This document shows, piece after piece, positions 13,075 to 25,870 of a DNA stretch of 64,000 nt. Below the pieces are notes generated by a model. It was not told where the DNA came from. It ran no database searches and worked only from the letters and a program-made list of their open reading frames with translations. Origin of the DNA: Ptychomitrium polyphyllum (lineage: Eukaryota). Position 1 is the stretch's first letter, and every line of letters starts with the position of its first letter. The translations under genes were made by a program, and so were the position numbers. Where the stretch lies: the NCBI GenBank assembly GCA_973851085.1, contig OZ316775.1, positions 14,942,001-15,006,000 of the forward strand. Direction: 5' to 3'.

Positions 13075-14020
13075 TTTTGATGCGCAACGTAACCCAACGT
13101 GACTAGTATTGTTGAACACTGGAGTGTATGTATGTCCATACGTAGAGAGACCACCTTGTTATGTCATGTCTGGAACATAAGCGAGCACTATCTAGTTGTT
13201 TCTCAAGGAACTTCTTGTTTGCAGTCTCGTGCAGGGCTACGTTGTAGGTATCGAAGGGAATCTCCCCACGGGTGGAGGTTTGGGTAAGTTTTAGTTCTTT
13301 GGGTTTGCGGACAAGGTTTGGAGGGGAACTTGAAGTAGAGGTTAGAGGCTGGGTGCCGTTAGGGTTGCTGTTGGAGGACGAAGCGTGGTGAGAGGTTTTG
13401 GAGTTTCTGTGGAGTGCACGATGGGCTTGAGTGCGGCTGTGGCTTCTTTGTCAGCGCTTGAAGGCAATTACACACATTGAGGGTGAGTGTTTCTGTGTTT
13501 AGAATCTTGAATAGGAGTTGGAGTCGTTTTGTGGGTGCGTGGTGCAGTTTTCGGGAGCTCTAAGAGTGGGTTGTTATTATGGGTTTTCGACTTTCCGTTC
13601 TTGCATTTTATTCTACAGCAAGTTTCGGTATTCAGGAAAAAACTTGTCGGTAGACTTTGAAGCTAGGGTTTGACCATGAAGCTCTGGGAGACGGTCCAGT
13701 ACGATTCTATTCTTTTAGTACTTTTACTCCGATTAGACGGATTTATGCTTAAGATTTTCTAGAGTCTGTTCTGTTGAAGGTTGTTTTTGTCGATGAAGCG
13801 TGAAGCGGAAATTCGTACTGGAAGGTGGACTTGCTAATTTTCAGAATGAAAAAAAGAATATAATGAACTCGTTTGTTCAATAAGTAAACGAAATGGTCGC
13901 TCGGTTTCGAAGTTGAAGAGCTTTTGTATTCGAGTGAAATGTACCAATGTGTTCCTGATTCTATGTGGTGGCCTGCAGGCATTGTGAAGTTGGAAGAGTA
14001 GTTGTTTTTGTTAGGGTTCA

Positions 14021-15471
14021 ATGGCATCGAATGATGGGTCGCCTGTTATATCTCCAAAGAACCCTTCGCCTGAGAAGCGCAAAGGGATTTCTAGGAAAAA
14101 GAAAAGTGCATCACAGACTGAGGTATTGGAGAAAGCATACGCCGGTAAGACAATGATTAGTGAATCCCTGTAACTGTGCATACCGGGGGTATTCTCTTAG
14201 GCGTTTTGGATGAGTTCTAGATTGGAAGATCACTTAGGGTTACATGCGATGTATGTTTTGAAATTTTGGTTTTTTTTCCCCCATCTCTCAACGAGATGAG
14301 GTAATGGATCCTACTGCTGGATTTGATAGAAAGAGCTACTACATTGGATTTATTTCTTGTTTTCCGCATTGCAGTTGAGAAATACCCTTGTGAAGCGACT
14401 CGTTCAAGGCTCACTCGGGATCTTGACTTGACCGAGAAGCAGCTCCAGATTTGGTTCACACATCGGCGTTATAAGGATAGACGCGATGGAATAGACGATG
14501 AGGAGCTGATTTCTAAAGCGAGAGGTAGCAAACACGATCACTTTCATAATGAAGATCCGAGGTCGTCGTTGAAGAAGAAGGAGATTGACCTGAACAGCAG
14601 AGAAGGCGAGGATTCCGAAGATGGACATCCTGCTCGAGTCTTGGCTGAGGAACACTACGATGAAGAGTTCATGGGAGATAATCCAAACGGTTTAGACCTC
14701 AGTGGCGGGGATGAAGAGCCTGCTAGGCCCAAACCTAAACCCACACCGAGGAGAAAACCTGGTCCAAGAGGACCAAGGGATCCAAACACGCCCAAGGGGA
14801 AACCTGGCCCGAAACCCAAGATGGATGCTCAGGCAGCAGCCGAACGGGTCGCTATTCTCGCTATTGAAAGGCAGCTGGGTGGACCCCTTCGGGAGGATGG
14901 ACCACCCTTGGGGTTTGAGTTTGATCCTCTGCCACCAGATGCATTTCAACAGCCAGCATATACTGAAGGTAGGATGCTATCTATCTTCAAATTGGGTGCA
15001 AATTATCTCATTGCAAGTGAGGATTTGGTATTGTTTGCTATGCACTTGCTAATGTGCTTCAGTGTAGACGATTTGAGATTAGGGTTCCATTGAAACGTGG
15101 GATGTTGCGTTTTGAGGCGATTTAGCTCATACATTGGAATTTGGAACTGGTCTACAGCTACTCCTACCCCAGTGGGATACAGAGAAGGTGAATCCGAAAA
15201 CAGTGATGGAGATGGTAGAGAGAACAAAGGGAATGGAGACTTTCAATGGAGGAATGGACTGATGGAGAAGAAGAAAAAGGTGAGCTAAAGCCTTTCAAAT
15301 GGTTTGAAGACTTGTTTACAAAGTCGGGCAGCTTTTGTATCCAGCCTCACGTTTGACTTGTCATTGTTTTGGTTGTATTGTTCTATGCTATTCTAGTTAC
15401 TTACAGAATTTGATATTTGGCATCAGATTGGCCATTTCCCAAAACCAAGTAGAGGAGAGGGCGTGTACTGA
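14021..15471 (+). CDS. Short RINGLET/HB-DDT-class homeodomain protein, copy 1 (no DDT domain), 4 coding exons
   Basis: Exons 14021-14144, 14375-14968, 15158-15279, 15427-15471. Homeodomain RKKKSASQTEVLEKAYA|VEKYPCEATR...QLQIWFTHRRYKDRR plus the RLT-family motif LREDGPPLGFEFDPLPPDAF. Exon structure is mirrored in copy 2. Confidence 0.88.
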
Positions 15472-17338
15472 AAACTGATGGACTCCAGTGATGGTGAGTT
15501 CCATTGACCTTCCGTTTCACACTTTTCCATGGTGTAGCATCGAAGTTGGGGATCTGTTTGTTGAGATTAAATATGTTTCATTAGATTTTTAATTGTTAGG
15601 AGTAAAATTAGTGAGAATACTGATTGCCATGCTCGCTTTATGTTGACAGTTTTGAGATCAAAGCCTCGAAGAAGCGCCCAGCAGAATGTGCTTAAACGCA
15701 CAAAAGATGTGAATATGTTGTCATGTAAACTATTATCGAGTTGGTTTATTCATTTTGCACAGAAACTTGCTTTGAGAGAATTCGCGGGTACAGTAGAGCG
15801 AGCTTGAGATGTCAAACTCAAGTGTGTGTTCGTGATTCATCTGGTTGTTATCGTTGCCACTTAATTAATGATCGGATTGATTTTAGACGAACATGAAACT
15901 GCTTGCGTTTTGATTCTGAGCGGCATGACGATCCAGTCAATAGCAAGGCGTATTAGAGATTATTCCAAGGAGTAAGACGTATGCTTATATCAGAGCAAAT
16001 GTTTACTCCGAAGCACCTGCCCACAGCATATTTGAGTTTGTGATGCGCTTCAGGCGGGTTGGTAAGCTTCTCCAGTTGAAGTTAAGCATTGCTGAAATTT
16101 CTTAAAAGGTAAGTTGATGTGCACGTGTGTTGAAATGGGTACTTATTCTTGACTCGTGCTATGATCATATCTCAGTCAAGAAATGTGATAGAGTTGAGTG
16201 TGCAGGTTTGAGCGTGTAAATATCCTCACATCTGGTAGATAATGAGAATTTAAGATAATGACATGATGTCTCATAAATTTATATCGTGTTTACTTTCAAG
16301 GAAATCTGCGGAAATCATAATGAGTTTATTGTCAACGTACTATTGTTCCTACCAGAATAGCAACTGAGCCGGTCATGCACGCTTGACTAGATAGTTTTGG
16401 AATATCCTCCTGCCTTCTATTGTTCATTCGTCCTCTACGAAGTAAGTGATAGCTTCGAATTCAAGTGGAGCCAAGAAGCCAGCTGGTGTCAGCAAAAAGA
16501 TACTCATTTCATTTCTGCATCATTGGTCCTCGAAAGTCACGCCAGGCATGACCCCTCGGGATTCAACTCTCGCATTCAGAAGTGCACAGGGACAGAACCG
16601 TAGGTCATGTGCATTACAATCGCATTGATCTTGTATCATCTACCCTACCAAAAGACAGTCTTCTGTCTGTCAAACGTAAAAGCCACTAAATATGACCGAC
16701 GGACGTCGTGCCAGCCTGCCAGCTAGACAGCCAGCTAACCAGCCAACCAGCCAACCAGCCAGTTCGATTTTCAGAGTGAAGAACCAACTAGCCCAACCTT
16801 GTGTGAATCCTAAGCTTCCGTGACTTCCCTGCACTTCCTGCTCAAATGAGACTGCGGGCCCATCTGGAAGTGAGCTGCCTCATCAAAGTTTCGCAACGAA
16901 GGATCCATCAACTGTTCCATCTCATAGTACTACCAACTTACATACCACACAAAGCGTCTCCTCCACACCTTCTGATAGAGCACGCCGTGCATACACTTGC
17001 ACCTACTACTACGCCCCCAGTATGTGCAGCCTTGTAGACTCGAGTAGTCACTGCCCACATCTCCAGGACTGTCTGTAAACTAATAATAGCCCAGGAACAT
17101 GCACTCCACGCCACATAGAAGGCAAAGATCCTCACGACGCTGGGGTAGCCTCATAGGCTACAACTGCAACCTCCTCACCTTCTGGTTTGATTTTGGGGCG
17201 GTTGTGGGGTCCGACACCCTGACCCCAAGATGCCAACGCATTGAATCCCCCACTTCCTTTACAAATGCGGCTGGCAAAGCTACTGATGTCATCACTTTTT
17301 CTTCCCAAGCACCACATATTTCAACTTGATGAACTCAT

Positions 17339-17381
17339 TCTTTCACGAAGTCTTTCACGAAGTCTTTCACAAAGTCTTTCA
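17339..17381. repeat. 12-bp tandem repeat (TCTTTCACGAAG) x ~3.5
   Basis: Read directly from the sequence. Confidence 0.85.
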
Positions 17382-20240
17382 AGGAATGACTTATTGGAAT
17401 TGTATTGAGAGGAGTTTTGCAACAAGTTGTAGCATTTGTCTTATTTGTAAGTAATGATGGAATAGCACAATTTTAAGTTTAATTTTAGATCATGTTAGTA
17501 TCACTAGAAGAGGGTTTGATTTTTGTATCCCACGCAAGGATATGATAAAGTCAAATATCATCTTTATAATATGCAAGCTCAAATTTGACATCCATGGCCT
17601 TGGATTTTTTAATAGGTTTGATTAATCATAAATGCCTTAGCGGCTAGGATATGACAATTGCATGTAACAACCATAACAATTTTTATGGTATATATATATA
17701 TAAATAATTTTTTATTAATGACAACTTTTAGGAATCAAATGTCATTCTTTCATATGAAATTATGGACGCATTGATCTAATTTAGATTTTAAGGTTACTGA
17801 AAATAATCTATCTCATAGTAGGTTTTGAATTTTTTTTTCTAATTTTAATTAAAGCCATCAAAATTACTTTAATAGATTTGTATAGAATTAAAAATATTTT
17901 ACAAATTTTATACTGAATTTCAAATCCATATTAAACATTTGTAATACACACCTTTGTCCAACCAATGATGATATTTATGCTTTAACAATCATTGTTAGAT
18001 AAATTTTTTGAATCCTAATTCTTTTTTATTATTGATTTTTTTTAATCTTATATATTTTTTGCTAAAAGATAGTTCACTTGCATTTCTAATTAATTTTTGG
18101 TGGACGTAAATAAAAGAAATAGATAAACAAAGACTTCAATCATTTAAAATCTTTCAAAAATAATTGGAGATCTTCTTTATAATCTTCATCTACTCTTTGA
18201 TTTTTTTACAAAGTTAGAAATGAAGAAGGAATGCACAATCTAGTCTCATGGCTATAGATCCAATAGTTTTAGGCTTGAAGAAAATTCACAAATACCACTT
18301 CTATGCTCAAATTGAAAGTTAAAACTTCAATTAATGAAATCATGTTTATAGAACTAAGGAGAAAGGAAGCAAGTGGATGTACAAACCAGAAGTTTCAAAG
18401 CCAACCTAGTACATTACATGTGCATGTTTATTACACATATTGTGCATGCAAAATTCTTGATTCAATGCATGGCCATGGTTAATTTTTAGCTAACAAAGAC
18501 AAAAAATTGAACTTATTCAACACCACAAGTCCATTCTTACACCAACTCCATCCATAATTCTACTAGATTTCAATTCCAAAATCCTCAACCAAGTACTTTC
18601 ACATAACTCCACTCACCCACACATATACCTTCTTGTTCCCTTCATCACTTCCACCCATTCTTTCAACATAAAATCCATAGAATACACAAGAAATCAGCAC
18701 GAAACCAACAACTCTACTCTACACAACATTTTTGAACATAAGCTTCAAACACCCTTTAAACCCTGAAAAGGAAATGGTAACTTAAACATACTTCCCAGCC
18801 ACATGAAAAGCTTGAGAATTCACACAATACATGTGGCACTTGTTTATGAGCTAGAAAAGAGCACTGCAGCAAAACCTTTATTAGATCATGTCACAAAAAG
18901 GGTAGTCCTTCTTCTCCCCTCCATTGCCTGAGAATTATGTAACCACCATAACCTCATACTACAGGAGAGATTTTGCCCAAAAGTTGAGGTTGTCATAACT
19001 TTCAAGTCAAGCCTGGAAACGTCATCCAACTTGCATCTACACCCAGCCCAGATCTGGAGCCGTGAGATGTAAGCCCATGGTGAAGCTGTCGACCTAAAAC
19101 TCGCAACTTCATCGTCGTGGTGGTCATCACATCTGCACAGACAGAGAGACATCATCAACACACACAGATCGTGACACAGAGAACGGCCAAAAGTAGTCTA
19201 AACAAAGCAAAAGAGGAAGAGAAAGGGGAAAGAGAAGGAAGAGGTCTTGTGCTTTGAAGTTTGGCCATCTTTTGTGTCTGTGTGCTCTTGCTCTAGGTCA
19301 CGCCATGGTACCGGTGACGGCAAGGTGCTGCCTTTGACCGGGGGGTGTGGGAGTGCCCCGTCCAAGGTGGGAGTTTTCGTGGTGGTGGAGGTCGGTGGGT
19401 GATGGTTTAGTAACTTGGTTTGGAGTTGTTTCTAGGGTGGCAGTTTCGGGAGGTGCGTGCCAAGGTTTGGAAGCTTTTGTGGGAGCAGGATGGGTTTTGT
19501 GGCTTCTTCGACATCACCGCGTGAAGGCTGCTGCACAGACTGAGGTGGGTGTTCTGTTTTTGGGGCCATTGGTAGGTTGAGAGTTAGAGAGTCACATGTG
19601 GGTGTGAGTTGATGCATTGTTCTCGTGGTTTTTGGAGTCGGCCGCAAGGGTGCATTGATTCGGCAATCCAGGAAGGCATGTTGGTTGAGAATCGGTGTTG
19701 CGTTTTTCGCAATTCGTTGTCGTCGGAGAGTAGTTTTCGGTGGGGTTTAAAACTAGGCTTTGGTTGTGGATGGTGGCATTCGATGTGCTTTTGTTGTGTG
19801 TGGATTAAGTATGGGTGGAGGCTTGCTTCTAGTGCGGTCATTGTATTTCGATAAGAAGGAAGAACGCGTTTGCCTTCTTTTATCCCCTGAGATCTGGTTG
19901 TCGTTTTATGTAAGCATAATGTGAAGAATTGGGGTCGTTTATGTACATCAGCTCAAGGAATTCTAGCAGTCGGGTGTGGTAGTATCTTTGGAGAGTTTAC
20001 GTGGAGAATGTACATCTTAGATGCCATGCTTTGTTGATATTTGAAATCTAGCATTTCAGGTTATTGACTAAATTTAGATCTGATATGAGATACTCGGGTT
20101 TTAAGTGATTTGGTTTTGAGCGAGTGCTTAATAATATAGGAATTGGTGCACAGAGGAGCAGTTTCTTAGCGGCTGAAAATCTGGTTCTTTTACAGGGCTT
20201 TGTGAAGTTGTAAGCATCCTTTTGAAGTTTTCAGGTTTCA

Positions 20241-21774
20241 ATGGCATCAGACACGTCGCCTGCTCCCTCTCCTCCTGAAAGACAAAAGGGGATCTCTAGG
20301 AAAAAGAAGAGTGCCTCACAGACCGAAGTTTTGGAGAGAGCATATGCTGGTAAGTTCAAGACTCACGAAGTTCCTGGGGCAACTATTTGAATTTTGTAAG
20401 CACTTCCTGCTTTTCCTATGCATCATTTAGTTGCCATGCTTTTCAGATTGTCACATAACCGTAAGTGGAATATTTACTAGTGTCGTTGACATGTATGTTG
20501 AGAGCTTTTTATTTGGAAGTGGAATGGACCTGCAGTAACACTACTTACTGCAAGCTTCTTCCGTGTTCCTTGTATGGATACATGTGTTGATATTGTGGCA
20601 GTTTTGTGACTTTCTAGTTGTTAATTCAGGTGGTTTTGCACTAGTATTAGGTCTTCCTATTTACCATTGTTGTGGGTGTAATTGTAGTGGAGAAGTATCC
20701 GTCTGAGACAACGAGAACAGAGCTGGGTAGGGAACTCAATCTATCCGATAAGCAGCTCCAGATCTGGTTCACGCACCGACGATACAAGGACAGGCGTGAT
20801 GGAATCGACGATGAGAAGTTGACTTTTTATTCTAAGAATAAGACTTCTGCAGATCATGTCTCCACCTTGGAATGTCGTTCATCTAAGAAGGCGGAAATGG
20901 AGACACAGGTAATGGACGAAGATGAAGATGATGATTCGGAGCCTGATGGATACCCAGCTCGAGTTTTAGCAGAGGAGCAGGATGATGAAGAGCTGATTGC
21001 TGAGCGTGAGCATACAAATGGCATGGATGTCTTTAACAACGGTGGCTATGGAAGCTTAGAAAAGCTTAAACCTGGACCCAAGAGGAAAAGTGGTCCAAAA
21101 TTACCTAAGGATCCAAATAGGCCACCACGAAGGCCAGGTCCGAAGCCAAAGATTAATGCTATGGCAGCAGCTGAAAGGGCAGCTATATCTGCTGTTGAAA
21201 GCCAGTTGTGTGGACCTCTTCGAGAAGATGGTCCGCCTTTGGGTTTTGATTTCGATCCTCTTCCACCTCGTGCATTTACAGAATTGCCGATAACTGAAGG
21301 TGATTCCACTCGATTTGAGAGTCAAATTTCGCAAGAATTGCCTATGGCATTGATTTTCTCATTTTTGCTGCTAAAGGCTTGTATTTCAACGATTGTCCCC
21401 TCATTGTGCTTTCTTCAAGTTAAGAAAGTTGCAGGTTGATTCGTTTTTTTTATCACGTTTCGTGCTCGTTCTGACGGTGGTCTGATTTGCAGCACCTCAC
21501 GCTGCTGGAGTAAGCAGAGAAGGAGGATCTGAAAATTTCAGTGAAAGAGCTTTATTGCAAACCAAGTGGGCGAAGGACGTAGAGCTGGCGGAGAAGAAGA
21601 GGAGATCAGTAAGTCCTGAGATACCGTTTTCTGTACGAATTTTTGTAGTCAATTTCCGTATTTTTTCGTAATTCGAAAGTGTACTTGTTATAGCACGCGT
21701 GATGTGCTTATATTTATGATTGCGGAGTGCAGATCGCCCTACTCAAGCCTAGTAGAGGCGAAAATGGATATTGA
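20241..21774 (+). CDS. Short RINGLET/HB-DDT-class homeodomain protein, copy 2 (tandem paralogue), 4 coding exons
   Basis: Exons 20241-20349, 20688-21299, 21493-21608, 21733-21774. Homeodomain ...QLQIWFTHRRYKDRR and LREDGPPLGFDFDPLPPRAF. Ends KPSRGENGY*, like copy 1 (KPSRGEGVY*). Confidence 0.88.
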
Positions 21775-22547
21775 AGCAGACTCGGTGCAATGGTGGTAAG
21801 TTTGCTGACTGTACTTCGCTAAGGCTACTTCGGAGTCTTGTTTTCTATCGGACCTGTAAAACTCATTGTTGGGCTCGCAACGACGTCTGTCGCAGACGAG
21901 CAAGCGACAAGTATTGGAGCCTGGAAGTTATGCCACCACCCTTAATTGTACCATTGTCCATAAGTGGTCTTTTGTGGACCTGACTAAGATTTGCCTCAGA
22001 GTTTGGTATATAGTGTGTGCCCTGAGACATCTTGCCCCTCAAGTTGCGGTTGGGTAATCCGTAGCTCTCTTAAGGTATTAAGGCTGGCTGTTAGAGGACG
22101 TGATTGATTGTGTGAAGTAGGTTGGATCACTAGCATTCAGGCACTACAGGAAGATTACAAAGACACCAATGGTGGTTAGAAAAATGAAGGAACCGGGTCT
22201 TAGCTTAGTGGGCTCAGCATCTGGGACCCTTCGACTTCTCCCAGCTATTATGTTATGACATGTCCCAGACGTTATGAAAAATAGTTGTCCCAACATGTTA
22301 TGAAAAACATAACAAATAGTCTGCAACAGGTCATGGCTATAATACAATCCTGAGTTTTGATCGCTCTGCTCGATGTTCAATATGAGGATTTCTCTTTAGC
22401 TTGAATTATATGTATGGCAGTTTCTGCAAATCTTGTGATGTATGTCCGGTTTGCTAATCCTGTCAAAGATCTCCGTAATTTGTCGAATGACTCTGTTCAC
22501 GTTCTATTATTACACATATTTATTACACTCTTTGACAATCTATGTCA

Positions 22548-23733
22548 CAACGAAATTCTTTGCAGTCGCTGAAAAATCTGCCATTAGGATACCTTACTTG
22601 GGCAGCAGTACAAGCTATACAGCTGTGTCGGCTCCTTTGTCTAGGGACTTTCCCTTGGAGACATCTACTCCCTGGTCTTGCACCCACTTCATCCGACCTC
22701 GCCGCGAGTCGGTGTTCGTATAGACTGGGCAAGCACAGCTCCCTGAAACAGAACGGCTTCTGCACCGTTCTTTCTCGAAAAGTTTGGACAAGACTCGAGA
22801 GCAGGCGTTCAAGAAAGTCTTGAATTCATTATATGAATGGAGACTTGTTGCCCACGGCTACTCCTCACTGATAATGAGTTTGCCCTACTTCAGATCTTGA
22901 AGGTACCTTGCGACAAGCGAGTCAACGAGTTCTTACGTGAGATGCTGCGCATCGGCCAGAGTCTTGAGCTGCATACTCTGTAAGTGCTGCACTGAACAAT
23001 GGAGATTGTGAGTCAATCCCAGTTATAATGTCATTTAGGATTCTTTCGTCAACGAATCCAAAGTGGCCACCATTCCTAAGGTTTGTCAGAGGTTGATGAG
23101 ATTGTGACGTTTGAAGCCTGAAGAGAACCTAGTTTGAAAACTTTGGATTGGTCAGAGTAGAGGAGAACCTGAAGTAGTCCGGTTGTGGAGGAGACAATGA
23201 CAATGCGGGCCCCGGCTAAAGATTCATATCGAAGCAAGTATTGCAAGCCTGGTGTAACTTTCTTCACCCCGTAGTAGTTCGTCTTAAGCATTGTCACTCC
23301 GTCGTCGTATGTTTTCGAAAACGAGTTTACTCCAGCGTTGTTTACCTGCCATTGCCAGCAGATGATTATAAGCAGGGCTCCTGAAGAGGTTCAGTTTTGT
23401 AAAAGCCTTAGTGAATTCCAATGCCTCCGAGACCTAATTGTTTGTTCATCACAATACTGAAATGTTAGAAAATGGAGAATTTGATCTTCCTTACTAGAAT
23501 GTCGAATCCACCGAATTGAGCTTTCAGCCAGGTCCGCAATAGACTTGGAGCTCATGACATCCAAAAGGACGAAAATACGAAAACTCTGGTCCCTCTCTAT
23601 AGCCCCGGTCCCCTTTGCGTGGTCCCTGAGAGTGAGGACGACGCAGAGACCATGCCTGGCGAGCTGGCGAGGAGTGACCGACCCGATTCCTGTGTTGCTT
23701 CCCGTCAGCACTGCTACAGTATCCTTGCTCCAC
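22548..23733 (-). pseudogene. Short-chain dehydrogenase/reductase (carbonyl reductase / menthone reductase-type) pseudogene
   Basis: WSKDTVAVLTGSNTGIG (TGxxxGIG), frameshift near 23533 before LKAQFGGFDIL|VNNAG, TNYYG, ARIVIVSS, YNEFK (YxxxK) and GADTAV*LVLLP. Several in-frame stops in the last exon. Confidence 0.85.
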
Positions 23734-25870
23734 TACGTACACAAACACCCCCAGCATTCAATCGTACCTCTACATTTAGAGGTACGCTCTTGTACAAGCG
23801 TAATCAAAAGATTAAAAATGCAAACAGAACTTCGTAAGGATTATGTACTAGCAATGCAAACTTTATGTTAGAAGACAGAAATATAACAGCTATCACGTGA
23901 ATAGGCATGTGAGCAATATCATCGCACATACTAAGTCCAGGTTGAGTGATAACCTCTTGAGTTGATCTGTATCCGCTATCATAGGATCTGCCCCTTTGAA
24001 AATTTCCCCTCAAGTATGCTCTGCCTGTGGATCGCTAATTGTCAAGCTCCAACACGCAATCTAGTTGTTAGATTGGAAGAAGATGGTATGAACAATTTGT
24101 AAGTAGGGGAATGCAGATAACGGATACCTCTATCACCAAATGTTTACTGTACAGTAGTAGAAAGACCCATGTGTATTTCCTAATGGCAGAAAGTGTCTCA
24201 ACAACAACAACTGCTGTTCAGCAACTGCTGTAAATCAACAACTTTTGCTGCACAAAGAAGCTCTTCATCTGCTTCTCTATCTCGTTCTCCATGATTACGT
24301 CCCAGGAAGACGTATCATAGTGGTAGTTCAAAAATGGACAACCGCTACATGGAGAAAAAACCGTAGAAACCCTTGAACAGGATCTTCGTCCATCGAATCT
24401 AATACAATCCAGCTCAAGAAGTTCAAGCATCACGATTCTCCACATTACTTGTTCGAAATAATTCTACGGGTCGAACACAGCTCTTCACTAGATACTCCTT
24501 GCTCAGCTGAAGGAACCCTGTTCGCAAGATTTGTGCAAGACTCACCTGACCGCGAAACTCGACCTGTGTAGAACTGTCACTTATGCAGAATGTTCGAATG
24601 TACTTAATCGAACTACGAACTGCACATATACACCATGAAGATGAAAAGGCTGATCTGAGAGCTTTCCTATCTAATCCACTCTGCATATTCAGAACACCGC
24701 AAAATTTCGTGTGTAGAGTCAGCGTCCAGTTACTCATGATATTTCTGACTAGTACCTCGTTGATGAAGTAGAGGGCCTAGTCAGTGAACTGCAGCTCTCT
24801 TTCTCACAAAAATCCTGCTCCACGTAACCTATGCAAAAGCAGTAACAAACTCGCCCAGCAACCAAGACTACTGAAGCCAAATCAAATCACCAACACATGA
24901 CACCACTACTATTGACGACATGTAAATTTAACAAACGACCTCGACCATAAAATGCCTCAGTCCCAAAACACCTCTAATCCTCCCACCACAAAATGAGCTG
25001 GATACATACGTTAGAGTGCTGTCCTGGGGCTGTTATGTGTTAATGCCAAAGTGGCCGGACTCGTTGCCCGCTGTCACCAAAAGGTTTGGGGCATACGAGC
25101 ATACCGTGAAGGTCTCATCGTGTACCCACCGTACCGATTTCCAAGGAACTCATACAAAGACAATAATAACACAATTCATAGCAATTATTTAACCTTGAAA
25201 TGAAAAGACAGAGCTAGTCTGAACACTGACTGGTTCGGGCATATAAAAAATGTATAAGCATCATACATGGAGCAATCTTTCAGTACAAATACCTCTGCTC
25301 CGAAACTTTTACATTCCTATAAATTCTGTTTTGATTCTGTTTTGATGGTAAGGTACAATCATGGACCAGTACGTGAACATTACTCACTGCAGCAGCACCT
25401 TTGCTCATCGCAAAAGCCTTGCTGTTAAGGTCCCTCCTATGTGTATCTAGGCCTGAACAGTCAAGTAGAGGCAAAGGAAGGGGACCGAAAAAATCAACGT
25501 CTTTAACCCAGATAAAACAAATGTCAAATCACAATCTGCCTTGGGGTTCAGATCTAAGCGGAACTTATACATCGCTTGATGGTTGAGTGCTGGTCTCCCT
25601 CCTTGCACACAAAATGCCCAGGAAACAGATCTAGTTGTAAAGCTAAATCAATAATCAAATTAGGACGATACAGAAACAGCTTAAGCCTGCATCAAAATAT
25701 AACTCTAAATTCACAGGGTGCTCAGGATGCACCTGAATAATCTGTCCGCCTAAAAAAAGATTTCTGCCCATATACTAGAGCTCCAGAACTTGCCATCTAA
25801 GTGCATGTGCTTGAAGGATATATTGAGACGTCATTTTGTGGCCTTCCGCAAAATGCCTATCAGCTTCCAT

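Noticed and set aside
16380..17330. Moderate-GC block with short ORFs and CCAG/CCAA repeats between the homeobox genes
   Set aside because: No recognisable domain, termini or splice-consistent model.
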